From a virus (taxonomy: Duplodnaviria; Caudoviricetes): 64,000 nucleotides of DNA. The notes beneath the pieces are model-generated. The model was not told the origin of the DNA, ran no database searches, and saw nothing but the letters and a program-made list of their open reading frames with translations. The position numbers and the translations under genes were made by a program. Shown here piece after piece: positions 58,288-64,000 of this stretch. Every line of letters begins with the position of its first letter. Position 1 is the stretch's first letter. Location: IMG/VR virus record IMGVR_UViG_3300037634_006988, positions 23,916 through 87,915 of that record; one strand, 5' to 3'.

Positions 58288-58300
58288 TAAGACGAAGAAT

Positions 58301-58338
58301 AAAAAAAAACGGCGGGAGGTCATTACAACCTCGCCGCC
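58301..58338 (-). terminator. Rho-independent terminator
   Basis: GGCGGCGAGGT-loop-ACCTCCCGCC followed by T9. Confidence 0.75.
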
Positions 58339-58366
58339 GCGAAAATAGCTCAGATTTTCTTTAAAA

Positions 58367-58999
58367 TCAGAGGGATACTGACAAGTCAAGCCCAAATACA
58401 TGAGCATGTGTCCACGAATCACTGTTTGAGGCGTTCCACATATAATAAACGCCAACATCCATATAATCCATAAGACTTTTGGATACGCCAACAGACAATC
58501 GGTTTTCTGAAAGCCCATCGCCATTAACAAACACTTCCTCGTTTACACACGGATTTAGACCAAGAACACCATCACCCGTCATTGAAGCAGTAACGCTTGT
58601 TCTTGCCCGCCAATCCTCGCCATCTGTAATGCGAAGTTCCATCCGCGTTCGATTTGACAAGGACATTGGCCCCCAATCACCGAGATTCAAGCCAACACCC
58701 ACATATGGTCGATGCTCACCCGTACTTACATTACGATAACCAAGGCTAGCACTTAGCCAATCCGTTGCAGCATAAGCCACATCAAATTCGGTGTGTTGAC
58801 GAGCCAATTCTGGACCCGCAAGGTCGGCAAACCGAAATTCCTCCTCAATCGCAAGCGTCAAACCATTCGAGAGCTTTCCCGAAACGTTCACGCTTGTCCA
58901 CAAAGCACTTTCTGCTGCAAACACATAGTTTGCAGTCATGAGTGCAGCACCAATGATGATGCCGCCGATTCCAATTTTAGTAAATGTATTTTTGTTCAT
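58367..58999 (-). CDS. DUF2490-like outer-membrane beta-barrel protein
   Basis: Signal peptide, then alternating amphipathic strands: EFRF...GYR...EHRPY...RTRMELR...WRAR...EEVF...ENRLSVG...HVFGLDLSVSL. Confidence 0.75.
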   Translation of the reverse strand: MNKNTFTKIGIGGIIIGAALMTANYVFAAESALWTSVNVSGKLSNGLTLAIEEEFRFADLAGPELARQHTEFDVAYAATDWLSASLGYRNVSTGEHRPYVGVGLNLGDWGPMSLSNRTRMELRITDGEDWRARTSVTASMTGDGVLGLNPCVNEEVFVNGDGLSENRLSVGVSKSLMDYMDVGVYYMWNASNSDSWTHAHVFGLDLSVSL

Positions 59000-59036
59000 A
59001 TTTTTCTCCTTTTTGTTTTGAACTGTTTACTTTTAA

Positions 59037-59114
59037 TTATTTTCGTGTACGCATATAAATGAATGCAGCCACGATTACAACACCAACCACGGCACCAACT
59101 ACTTCAACTGACAT
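59037..59114 (-). CDS. 25-aa single-pass membrane peptide
   Basis: MSVEVVGAVVGVVIVAAFIYMRTRK; strong SD AAAGGAG. Confidence 0.65.
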   Translation of the reverse strand: MSVEVVGAVVGVVIVAAFIYMRTRK

Positions 59115-59139
59115 AAAATGTCTCCTTTCTCTGAATAGA

Positions 59140-59221
59140 TGCTCACAGAGGGACTTGAACCCCCACGCTTATTAGCAAAAGATTTTAAATCTTTCGTGTC
59201 TACCGTTTCCACCATGCAAGC
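59140..59221 (-). tRNA. trnL: tRNA-Leu(UAA), CCA not encoded
   Basis: Acceptor stem GCUUGCA/UGUGAGC-A, D-loop GG, anticodon stem AAAGA/UCUUU with loop UUUAAAA, long variable arm, and GUUCAAGU T-loop. Confidence 0.9.
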
Positions 59222-59238
59222 CATTAAAATCTCCCGAC

Positions 59239-59267
59239 AGTATATCTCAAATATGAGGGTTTGTCAA
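59239..59267 (-). promoter_or_regulatory. Sigma70-type promoter for tRNA-Leu
   Basis: TTGACA-N17-TATACT. Confidence 0.8.
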
Positions 59268-59279
59268 GAAGAATCTGAG

Positions 59280-59669
59280 TTAAGCTAATGTATAATAAAG
59301 CAATTTAACCGCGTGATCAGTACATAAGGTTTTTTTATTGCTCCAATGCATCCATTTTTCTGAGCAATACAGTTGCCCTATCTTACCACACACTTCACAC
59401 GTTTTAAAGCTAAGAGTTCTGCAAAATTTAACTATTTCGTCCACCACATCGTCTCCACCATTATATTCAATTTCAAGCCAGCCTTGTTTTGCTTTTATTT
59501 TTGTAAAAAGGGTGGGAATTAAACTGCTTTTGCCCAAATTCATTTCTTGATATATTTTGATTGCACTCAACATATCTTCAACAATTATATACCAACCGTC
59601 ATCGATTTCAATAATGTTTGGATCGGGCAATAATTCAGGAAAATTCTTATATAATTTTTCAAAGCCCAT
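59280..59669 (-). CDS. Conserved phage hypothetical protein with a C-terminal Zn finger
   Basis: DGWY...KIKAKQGWL...TCEVCGK...TLCTDH. Confidence 0.6.
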   Translation of the reverse strand: MGFEKLYKNFPELLPDPNIIEIDDGWYIIVEDMLSAIKIYQEMNLGKSSLIPTLFTKIKAKQGWLEIEYNGGDDVVDEIVKFCRTLSFKTCEVCGKIGQLYCSEKWMHWSNKKTLCTDHAVKLLYYTLA

Positions 59670-59687
59670 AATTTTAATTATAAGCTC

Positions 59688-59723
59688 AAAAAAAAGGCGC
59701 TGCCAAAATTAATCAGCAGCGCC
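59688..59723 (-). terminator. Rho-independent terminator
   Basis: GGCGCTGC/GCAGCGCC stem followed by T8. Confidence 0.85.
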
Positions 59724-59754
59724 AACGACATTAAATCGCAGAAGGAGAAATCAG

Positions 59755-59976
59755 CTAGTTTGCAGTCTTAGTGGAAGTAAACTTGCCACGAATATTGCGG
59801 TTATAGAAAGTGCCCTTCGATTTTGCTTCCACAAAATCATTAGCCGTCTTCCGACCGACGCTCCGATACACATAAGTGGTGCTGGGGCTCTTTTGCAAAG
59901 TAACGGAAAGTTGCTCCGTCAGGGGATTATATCCGATTGTGCGGATAAGTCTTGAATTAACTGTTTGATTTGTCAT
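59755..59976 (-). CDS. KTSC-domain protein
   Basis: VNSRLIRTIGYN...TYVY...AKSKGTFYNRNIRG. Confidence 0.85.
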   Translation of the reverse strand: MTNQTVNSRLIRTIGYNPLTEQLSVTLQKSPSTTYVYRSVGRKTANDFVEAKSKGTFYNRNIRGKFTSTKTAN

Positions 59977-60023
59977 AGTTGCCTTTCTGTGTGAGATTTT
60001 TGTCTCACGTTTTAATGAGGTAC

Positions 60024-60051
60024 ATTATACCACACCTAGAGAGAATGTCAA
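60024..60051 (-). promoter_or_regulatory. Sigma70-type promoter with extended -10
   Basis: TTGACA-N16-TATAAT; the spacer ends in GGTGTGG. Confidence 0.7.
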
Positions 60052-60059
60052 GTTCTTTT

Positions 60060-60305
60060 TTACACTAAATCGTGTTTAAAAATAATCTTATCATAAATAA
60101 ATCTTCGCCCATCAGCAAACCTATCGCCATCAAGCATTGATTCAAAGTTATTTAAAGAATATCTTAATATTGGCAGGCTTCTTTTTGGTGACCAATAAGT
60201 GTTAAGCATAGATTCAATTACAAGCTCCACGCTCCAAGTGCCATCAGTTTTTGAAACAACCTCCAAATATTGTTGTCCAATAACCACCTTGGGTTTATAT
60301 TTCAT
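60060..60305 (-). CDS. Hypothetical protein (81 aa)
   Basis: Start moved to MKYKP, TAATG-coupled to the upstream peptide. Confidence 0.55.
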   Translation of the reverse strand: MKYKPKVVIGQQYLEVVSKTDGTWSVELVIESMLNTYWSPKRSLPILRYSLNNFESMLDGDRFADGRRFIYDKIIFKHDLV

Positions 60306-60436
60306 TAGTTTTTCCCAAATCGGATCATTATTGCCCCCGCCATAGAAACACAAAGAATAGTCGGATAAACCACAGCTTTAAACAATAAATCACCGCCTTT
60401 CGTATTTAAAATTTTATTTAATAGTTTTTTGTTCAT
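60305..60436 (-). CDS. 43-aa membrane peptide
   Basis: MNKKLLNKILNTKGGDLLFKAVVYPTILCVSMAGAIMIRFGKN; SD GAGGAA. Confidence 0.55.
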   Translation of the reverse strand: MNKKLLNKILNTKGGDLLFKAVVYPTILCVSMAGAIMIRFGKN

Positions 60437-60496
60437 TGTTTCCTCACATTAATGAAAGCGGCACAGCCGCAAGTTGACGGGAAATTTTCCATAACC

Positions 60497-60664
60497 TTAA
60501 ACATATTTATCCCCTTCAGCCGCCACAATGTCCAAAAGATCGCCTTCCGAGTTAAAATGAATTTCAACATAAGCATTATCCAAGACAATCAAATGCTCGT
60601 TCCACTCATCGTGGTCAATGTTTGCAGCCTCCAAAAGAGCCACAATTTTTTCTTTATCGTTCAT
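60497..60664 (-). CDS. Small acidic hypothetical protein (55 aa)
   Basis: SD AAGGA before MNDKEK. Confidence 0.55.
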   Translation of the reverse strand: MNDKEKIVALLEAANIDHDEWNEHLIVLDNAYVEIHFNSEGDLLDIVAAEGDKYV

Positions 60665-60788
60665 AAAAAGTTCCTTGTTCATTTATATCATATTTTATGT
60701 CATTTGTCAAGACCAAAACCATCACACAAAACACAAAACAAAATATAAAAGATATGATACCAAAAATGTCAGTTTTTTTGTTTTTCAT
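60654..60788 (-). CDS. 44-aa membrane peptide
   Basis: MKNKKTDIFGIISFIFCFVFCVMVLVLTND...; its start context GCAAATGAAAAAC resembles the array junctions. Confidence 0.4.
   Translation of the reverse strand: MKNKKTDIFGIISFIFCFVFCVMVLVLTNDIKYDINEQGTFYER
60682..60710 (-). promoter_or_regulatory. Sigma70-type promoter
   Basis: TTGACA-N17-TATAAA. Confidence 0.6.
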
Positions 60789-61005
60789 TTGCTTTCGCAA
60801 TCAGTTTTAATTCGTAGTGTTTAAAAGCCGCTCGCCTTCCGTCAGCAAACAACACTTCCCACTCTTTTAGATGTTCGTCAAGATGTCGGCTTTCTGCAAT
60901 CAAACGAACAATCATTCCTTGTTTGTTGTGAAAAAACCGCAAAGTGGGACTTAGGTCATTATTTTTTATTACTTCAACCAAGTCACCGACCTCCAAATCA
61001 CCCAT
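60769..61005 (-). CDS. SH3/KOW-like array unit 15
   Basis: LEVGDLVEV...GMIV...VLFADG...LKLIAKA. Confidence 0.7.
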   Translation of the reverse strand: MGDLEVGDLVEVIKNNDLSPTLRFFHNKQGMIVRLIAESRHLDEHLKEWEVLFADGRRAAFKHYELKLIAKANEKQKN

Positions 61006-61032
61006 GTTATATAAATATGCAACATTTTGAGT

Positions 61033-61254
61033 TTATGCCTTTGCAGAAAGAGTAGTAGAATTTAAATTCCATTCATCCTTCTTGCCACAAGAATCCAAAA
61101 CCCAACATCGGCCGCCCCAAGACGAGTAACTCAAAAATATTCCATACATAACATAAACTTCAGAACGAACGGCACGCCCTCCGTCATCAAACAGAATTTT
61201 GTACTCCCATGACTTAATAAGATCGCCGCACTTAAAAATAGGTTTGATGTTCAT
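61033..61254 (-). CDS. SH3/KOW-like array unit 14
   Basis: FKCGDLIK...YGIFL...LSAKA; ATGA-coupled. Confidence 0.65.
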   Translation of the reverse strand: MNIKPIFKCGDLIKSWEYKILFDDGGRAVRSEVYVMYGIFLSYSSWGGRCWVLDSCGKKDEWNLNSTTLSAKA

Positions 61255-61463
61255 GGTTCTGCCATAACTCTTACATCCCAACGATAAACCCACTCTTGTC
61301 CGCTCGATGATTCGTCAGCCCAGTAAACTTTTATAGCCCCTTTGGGTAAACCTTTAATTGGGCCGAGATCAGTGATTATGCCAAATCTCTCTTCTACCGT
61401 CCGCCTTCTGTGTAGAGTTACCTTAACAAGACTACCTTTTTTTATGTCATTTTTATTATTCAT
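61251..61463 (-). CDS. SH3/KOW-like array unit 13
   Basis: IKKGSLVKV...FGII...VYWAD...VRVMAEP. Confidence 0.7.
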   Translation of the reverse strand: MNNKNDIKKGSLVKVTLHRRRTVEERFGIITDLGPIKGLPKGAIKVYWADESSSGQEWVYRWDVRVMAEP

Positions 61464-61651
61464 GCTCGCTTCTTTACAGCGCGCCGCCAAAGATGTGATG
61501 TTAATCCGTTGTTCATGTATACTTTTATTATTTTGGTACGTTCGATGCTTGGATCCTCTAAAACTATTCCATAAAAGCCATTATATTCAGAATCGAGAAA
61601 ACGTGGATCTTCCTCAATTATCACAAGATCGCCTGGCTTGAGGTTATTCAT
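61460..61651 (-). CDS. SH3/KOW-like array unit 12
   Basis: LKPGDLVII...YGIV...VYMNNG. Confidence 0.7.
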   Translation of the reverse strand: MNNLKPGDLVIIEEDPRFLDSEYNGFYGIVLEDPSIERTKIIKVYMNNGLTSHLWRRAVKKRA

Positions 61652-61872
61652 TGTTTTGCCTTTGCAACAATGGAAATGGTTCGTTTAAGATGAGTGGTTT
61701 GTCTGCCGTCTTGCCATCGAACCCAAACATATAAATGTGAATCGCGAATCTTTTTGTGTTTTATGGCTTCAAGTACATGATGAGGCACAGGCACAATAAC
61801 TCCAAAGAATCCATTCCGCTCGCCAAGCGGACCTGTCCATTCAACAAAATCTCCAACTTCAAAGTTATTCAT
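61648..61872 (-). CDS. SH3/KOW-like array unit 11
   Basis: MNNFEVGDFVEW...FGVI...VRWQDG...IVAKAKQ. Confidence 0.75.
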   Translation of the reverse strand: MNNFEVGDFVEWTGPLGERNGFFGVIVPVPHHVLEAIKHKKIRDSHLYVWVRWQDGRQTTHLKRTISIVAKAKQ

Positions 61873-62115
61873 TGTTTTGCCTTTGCGACAAGTTGCAAGT
61901 CACTCAATCTAAATGATTCTATTGGATCGATAAAGTGAACCGATAATGAGTCTTTATCTGCGCAATTAACAATACCATAAATTCCCGGAGATCCGTCGCG
62001 CCAAGATTTGCGAAAATCAATTCCGTGCATATTCTTAATGTCCGCCTCGGCGGGGCTCAAAGAAGGATGCCAAACAAAATCTCCAACTTCAAAGTTATTC
62101 ATTGTTGTGCCTTTG
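61843..62115. repeat. Junction-spanning direct repeat, 42/43 bp identical (61843-61885 and 62073-62115)
   Basis: aacaaaatctccaacttcaaagttattcattgtt(t/g)tgcctttg; a 23-bp portion also matches exactly between 61643-61665 and 61864-61886. Confidence 0.9.
61869..62102 (-). CDS. SH3/KOW-like array unit 10
   Basis: MNNFEVGDFVW...YGIV...VHF...LQLVAKAKQ. Confidence 0.75.
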   Translation of the reverse strand: MNNFEVGDFVWHPSLSPAEADIKNMHGIDFRKSWRDGSPGIYGIVNCADKDSLSVHFIDPIESFRLSDLQLVAKAKQ

Positions 62116-62317
62116 ATAATAATTTGAGTGATGTCATACTACCCTCTGCGAAAATTCGATGTTCACCACCGACCATAACTAATTCATATAATAACCTTCC
62201 ACTGGGGGTTTTCTTTATCTTTTTTATTATGCCCACATTATTAAAAACATAACTAAACACTCCTTTATAATTTATTTTAATAAGATCGCCAACATTATAT
62301 CTTTGTTCGTTATTCAT
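62099..62317 (-). CDS. SH3/KOW-like array unit 9
   Basis: YNVGDLIKI...GII...LKLLSKAQQ. Confidence 0.75.
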   Translation of the reverse strand: MNNEQRYNVGDLIKINYKGVFSYVFNNVGIIKKIKKTPSGRLLYELVMVGGEHRIFAEGSMTSLKLLSKAQQ

Positions 62318-62520
62318 CTTGATTTTGCCTTAAGTTTAACATCAGGTGTTAAATACCATCCAATATCGCCATCGAGGAAAAGAATTTTATATTCCTCGGG
62401 AAATGTTACGTTTCTTCCATTTTCTAATATAATTATGCCGGTGCAGAGGAAGTGGTCCATGCGGCCCCTCCGGGGCACCTCCACAAGATCCCCAATTTCG
62501 ATTTTTTGGTTGTTTTTCAT
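62314..62520 (-). CDS. SH3/KOW-like array unit 8
   Basis: IEIGDLVEV...GII...ILFLDG...VKLKAKSR. Confidence 0.75.
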   Translation of the reverse strand: MKNNQKIEIGDLVEVPRRGRMDHFLCTGIIILENGRNVTFPEEYKILFLDGDIGWYLTPDVKLKAKSR

Positions 62521-62696
62521 GCTAGCACCACTAAAACGCTAAGACTTTCCAACTTTCTGTTACCAGTAGACCAGTGGATTACCGCTTCATGGCAGACTGG
62601 GAGAATGTCAATAACCACGCCAAACTCATTTATTCGTGGCCAGCCCTTCCCAACAAGACTACCAACTTTTATTTTTTTTTGTCTTTCGTTTTTCAT
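62517..62696 (-). CDS. SH3/KOW-like array unit 7 (59 aa, below the ORF-track cutoff)
   Basis: Manual translation MKNERQKKIKVGSLVGKGWPRINEFGVVIDILPVCHEAVIHWSTGNRKLESLSVLVVLA; ATGA overlaps at both ends. Confidence 0.75.
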   Translation of the reverse strand: MKNERQKKIKVGSLVGKGWPRINEFGVVIDILPVCHEAVIHWSTGNRKLESLSVLVVLA

Positions 62697-62905
62697 GCTA
62701 GCACCTCAAACCCGTGGTCCATAACCCAACATCTATCTCCATTTTGAAGGTGAATATGGTACTCCACGAACACGTTGGTGTACGCCTCGACTCGAATCCC
62801 ACAAACAATTCCATAAAGGCCGTTCAGCTCTTTCCTCGGTCCCGACGGACCCATATCGAGCATTTTCACCAGGTTGCCAGGTTTTAATTGTTTTTCGTTT
62901 TTCAT
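62693..62905 (-). CDS. SH3/KOW-like array unit 6
   Basis: LKPGNLVKM...YGIV...IHLQNG...FEVLA. Confidence 0.75.
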   Translation of the reverse strand: MKNEKQLKPGNLVKMLDMGPSGPRKELNGLYGIVCGIRVEAYTNVFVEYHIHLQNGDRCWVMDHGFEVLA

Positions 62906-63093
62906 GCTAGCACCTCAAAGTCAGATTTATAGAAGGTGGTCTCGTAGCCGCCTTGAAGATGAATACAGTAGTGAATGATGACTTGGTTAAGCGAGATCTC
63001 CTCACAAACAATTCCATAATATTGCCAAGCCCAACTTTGGTTGTTAATAATGCGAACAAAACTGCCAATTTTAATTTGTTTTTTGTTTTTCAT
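62902..63093 (-). CDS. SH3/KOW-like array unit 5
   Basis: IKIGSFVRI...YGIV...IHLQGG...FEVLA. Confidence 0.75.
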   Translation of the reverse strand: MKNKKQIKIGSFVRIINNQSWAWQYYGIVCEEISLNQVIIHYCIHLQGGYETTFYKSDFEVLA

Positions 63094-63352
63094 GGTGCCG
63101 CCACAACCTCAACTAAATGTGGATATGAAAAACCTTCCTCTCCGTTGCTCCAGTGAACTCGAATACAATCTTCACCACGAGCCAGCATCCCTTTTTCGAT
63201 AAACTCAAGTGTTCTGAGTTTACTATTGGGCCTTCCCCGTCGAGGGCGCGGGTTCTTGAGATATTCAATTACAACACCATATCTCGACGTATTGCTGCGG
63301 GCGGCCCGACTACGAACCATGCTGCCAATTTTAATTTGTTTTTCGTTTTTCA
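63062..63352. repeat. Gene-start direct repeat, 30/31 bp (63062-63092 and 63322-63352)
   Basis: ctgccaattttaatttgttttt(t/c)gtttttca. Confidence 0.9.
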
Positions 63353-63353
63353 C
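63090..63353 (-). CDS. SH3/KOW-like array unit 4
   Basis: IKIGSMVR...YGVV...VHWSNG...VEVVAAP; GTG start. Confidence 0.75.
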   Translation of the reverse strand: MKNEKQIKIGSMVRSRAARSNTSRYGVVIEYLKNPRPRRGRPNSKLRTLEFIEKGMLARGEDCIRVHWSNGEEGFSYPHLVEVVAAP

Positions 63354-63574
63354 GCTAACACCTCAAACTCGTCATGCCGCAACCAACATCTTCTATTATT
63401 TTGCAAATGAATAAAATAACGTGCTTCGGTGGCGCTGCCAAGCGGCCCGCACCAGTATGTTTCAATCTTGCAAATAATTCCATAAAGTCCCCCCCGCTTC
63501 ACCAAGTCCATGAGGCCAACATATGATTTTACTTTCACCATACTGCCAACTTTTATTTTTTCAAAGTTGTTCAT
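63350..63574 (-). CDS. SH3/KOW-like array unit 3
   Basis: IKVGSMVKV...YGII...IHLQNN...FEVLA. Confidence 0.75.
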   Translation of the reverse strand: MNNFEKIKVGSMVKVKSYVGLMDLVKRGGLYGIICKIETYWCGPLGSATEARYFIHLQNNRRCWLRHDEFEVLA

Positions 63575-63789
63575 TATTTTGCTTTTGCCACAAGTTTTAA
63601 ATTTGATGGCCTTTCCCAGTCCTTATCGCCATCATTCCACTGCACAAAAATATCATGACTATCCTCTTCTAGCGGAATGTCAATATTTATTACAATTCCA
63701 AGGTGTTGCCCGCCCCACTCGCCTACAGTAGCGCCAACCCATTCAACCAAATCGCCCTTTCCAAGCTTCCACTTATCTTGGGTTTTCAT
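63574..63789 (-). CDS. SH3/KOW-like array unit 2
   Basis: LGKGDLVEW...LGIV...VQWNDG...LKLVAKAK; start moved to the ATGA-coupled MKTQ. Confidence 0.75.
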   Translation of the reverse strand: MKTQDKWKLGKGDLVEWVGATVGEWGGQHLGIVINIDIPLEEDSHDIFVQWNDGDKDWERPSNLKLVAKAK

Positions 63790-64000
63790 CGTTTTGTCCT
63801 TTCTACCTTGGTTAAATAAGTTGTATGATACCAATCTGCCCAGCCCGTGCCCCATTGCACTTTAGCGAAGGTGCCCTGGTAGCCACGATGTTCAAGCATA
63901 ATAATAATTCCCCACATTATGCCATCAAGATTCAGCCAATTGATAGGGGGTTTCTCCGGTAGGTGATCATATTCGACTAGATCTCCAATATTAAATTTTT
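63786..64000 (-). CDS. SH3/KOW-like array unit 1 (N-terminus beyond the window)
   Basis: Manual translation ...KFNIGDLVEY...WGII...VQWGTG...LTKVERTKR*. Confidence 0.7.
   Translation of the reverse strand, partial: KFNIGDLVEYDHLPEKPPINWLNLDGIMWGIIIMLEHRGYQGTFAKVQWGTGWADWYHTTYLTKVERTKR

Larger units (their letters stand above)
62684..63367. repeat. Junction-spanning direct repeat of 27 bp (62684-62710 = 62893-62919; 25/27 match at 63341-63367)
   Basis: tttcgtttttcatgctagcacctcaaa. Confidence 0.9.

Noticed and set aside
58261-58530. 89-aa minus-strand ORF
   Set aside because: It is an alternate frame of the beta-barrel gene that runs through its terminator.
59980-60010. Small hairpin GTGAGA/TCTCAC in the KTSC 5' UTR as a riboswitch
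   Set aside because: Only a 6-bp stem with no aptamer features; too weak to call.
61643-63367. Array junction repeats as CRISPR repeats or integron attC sites
   Set aside because: Spacing is about 210-260 bp and fully protein-coding, the repeats are non-palindromic and heterogeneous, and there are no RYYYAAC/GTTRRRY ends or integrase in the window.
28904-63855. Several ORF-track start codons (for example 30246, 33507, 39894, 44616, 50660, 60353, 61293, 61490, 63855)
   Set aside because: Downstream starts have SD sequences or stop/start overlaps and avoid long overlaps, so the coordinates were adjusted.
1411-63865. The many 60-108 aa plus-strand and nested minus-strand ORFs in the track
   Set aside because: They are antisense or alternate-frame shadows of longer genes, with no SD or recognisable motifs.
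1-64000. Stop-codon reassignment, as in some huge phages
   Set aside because: Coding density is high under code 11, TAA, TAG and TGA all end genes at coupled junctions, and no known family is split by an in-frame stop.

Overview
This window is part of a large, AT-rich myovirus-like (jumbo/huge) bacteriophage genome. The host is probably Gram-negative, inferred from the heptose, LpxH-like and outer-membrane beta-barrel genes. Translation fits standard code 11, and almost all genes are on the minus strand; only two are on the plus strand. From left to right: (1) 1-28.9 kb, a contractile-tail baseplate/adsorption module (gp25-like, gp6/baseplate-J-like, a 3044-aa gp7/gpI-like LamG protein, a 2678-aa protein and other giant virion proteins). 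(2) 28.9-30.4 kb, a phage sigma factor and small genes. (3) 30.4-44.6 kb, a glycan-biosynthesis island (ADP-heptose enzymes, six glycosyltransferases, a 2,3-dehydratase/3-ketoreductase pair, mini-DegT, FkbM, a sulfotransferase and a B12 radical SAM enzyme) carrying several gene-replacement scars. (4) 44.6-60.7 kb, accessory and head-internal genes: PD-(D/E)XK nuclease, PIN-PhoH, proteases, a compact 241-nt tmRNA, a candidate ~145-nt structured ncRNA, tRNA-Leu(UAA), DnaQ-like exonuclease, DUF2490-like beta-barrel and a KTSC protein. (5) 60.8-64 kb, a tandem array of at least 15 translationally coupled small SH3/KOW-like genes whose gene-gene junctions are near-identical direct repeats while the gene bodies are hypervariable. 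The array is the most striking unexplained system here. All family calls come from motif recognition by eye; no database searches were run.
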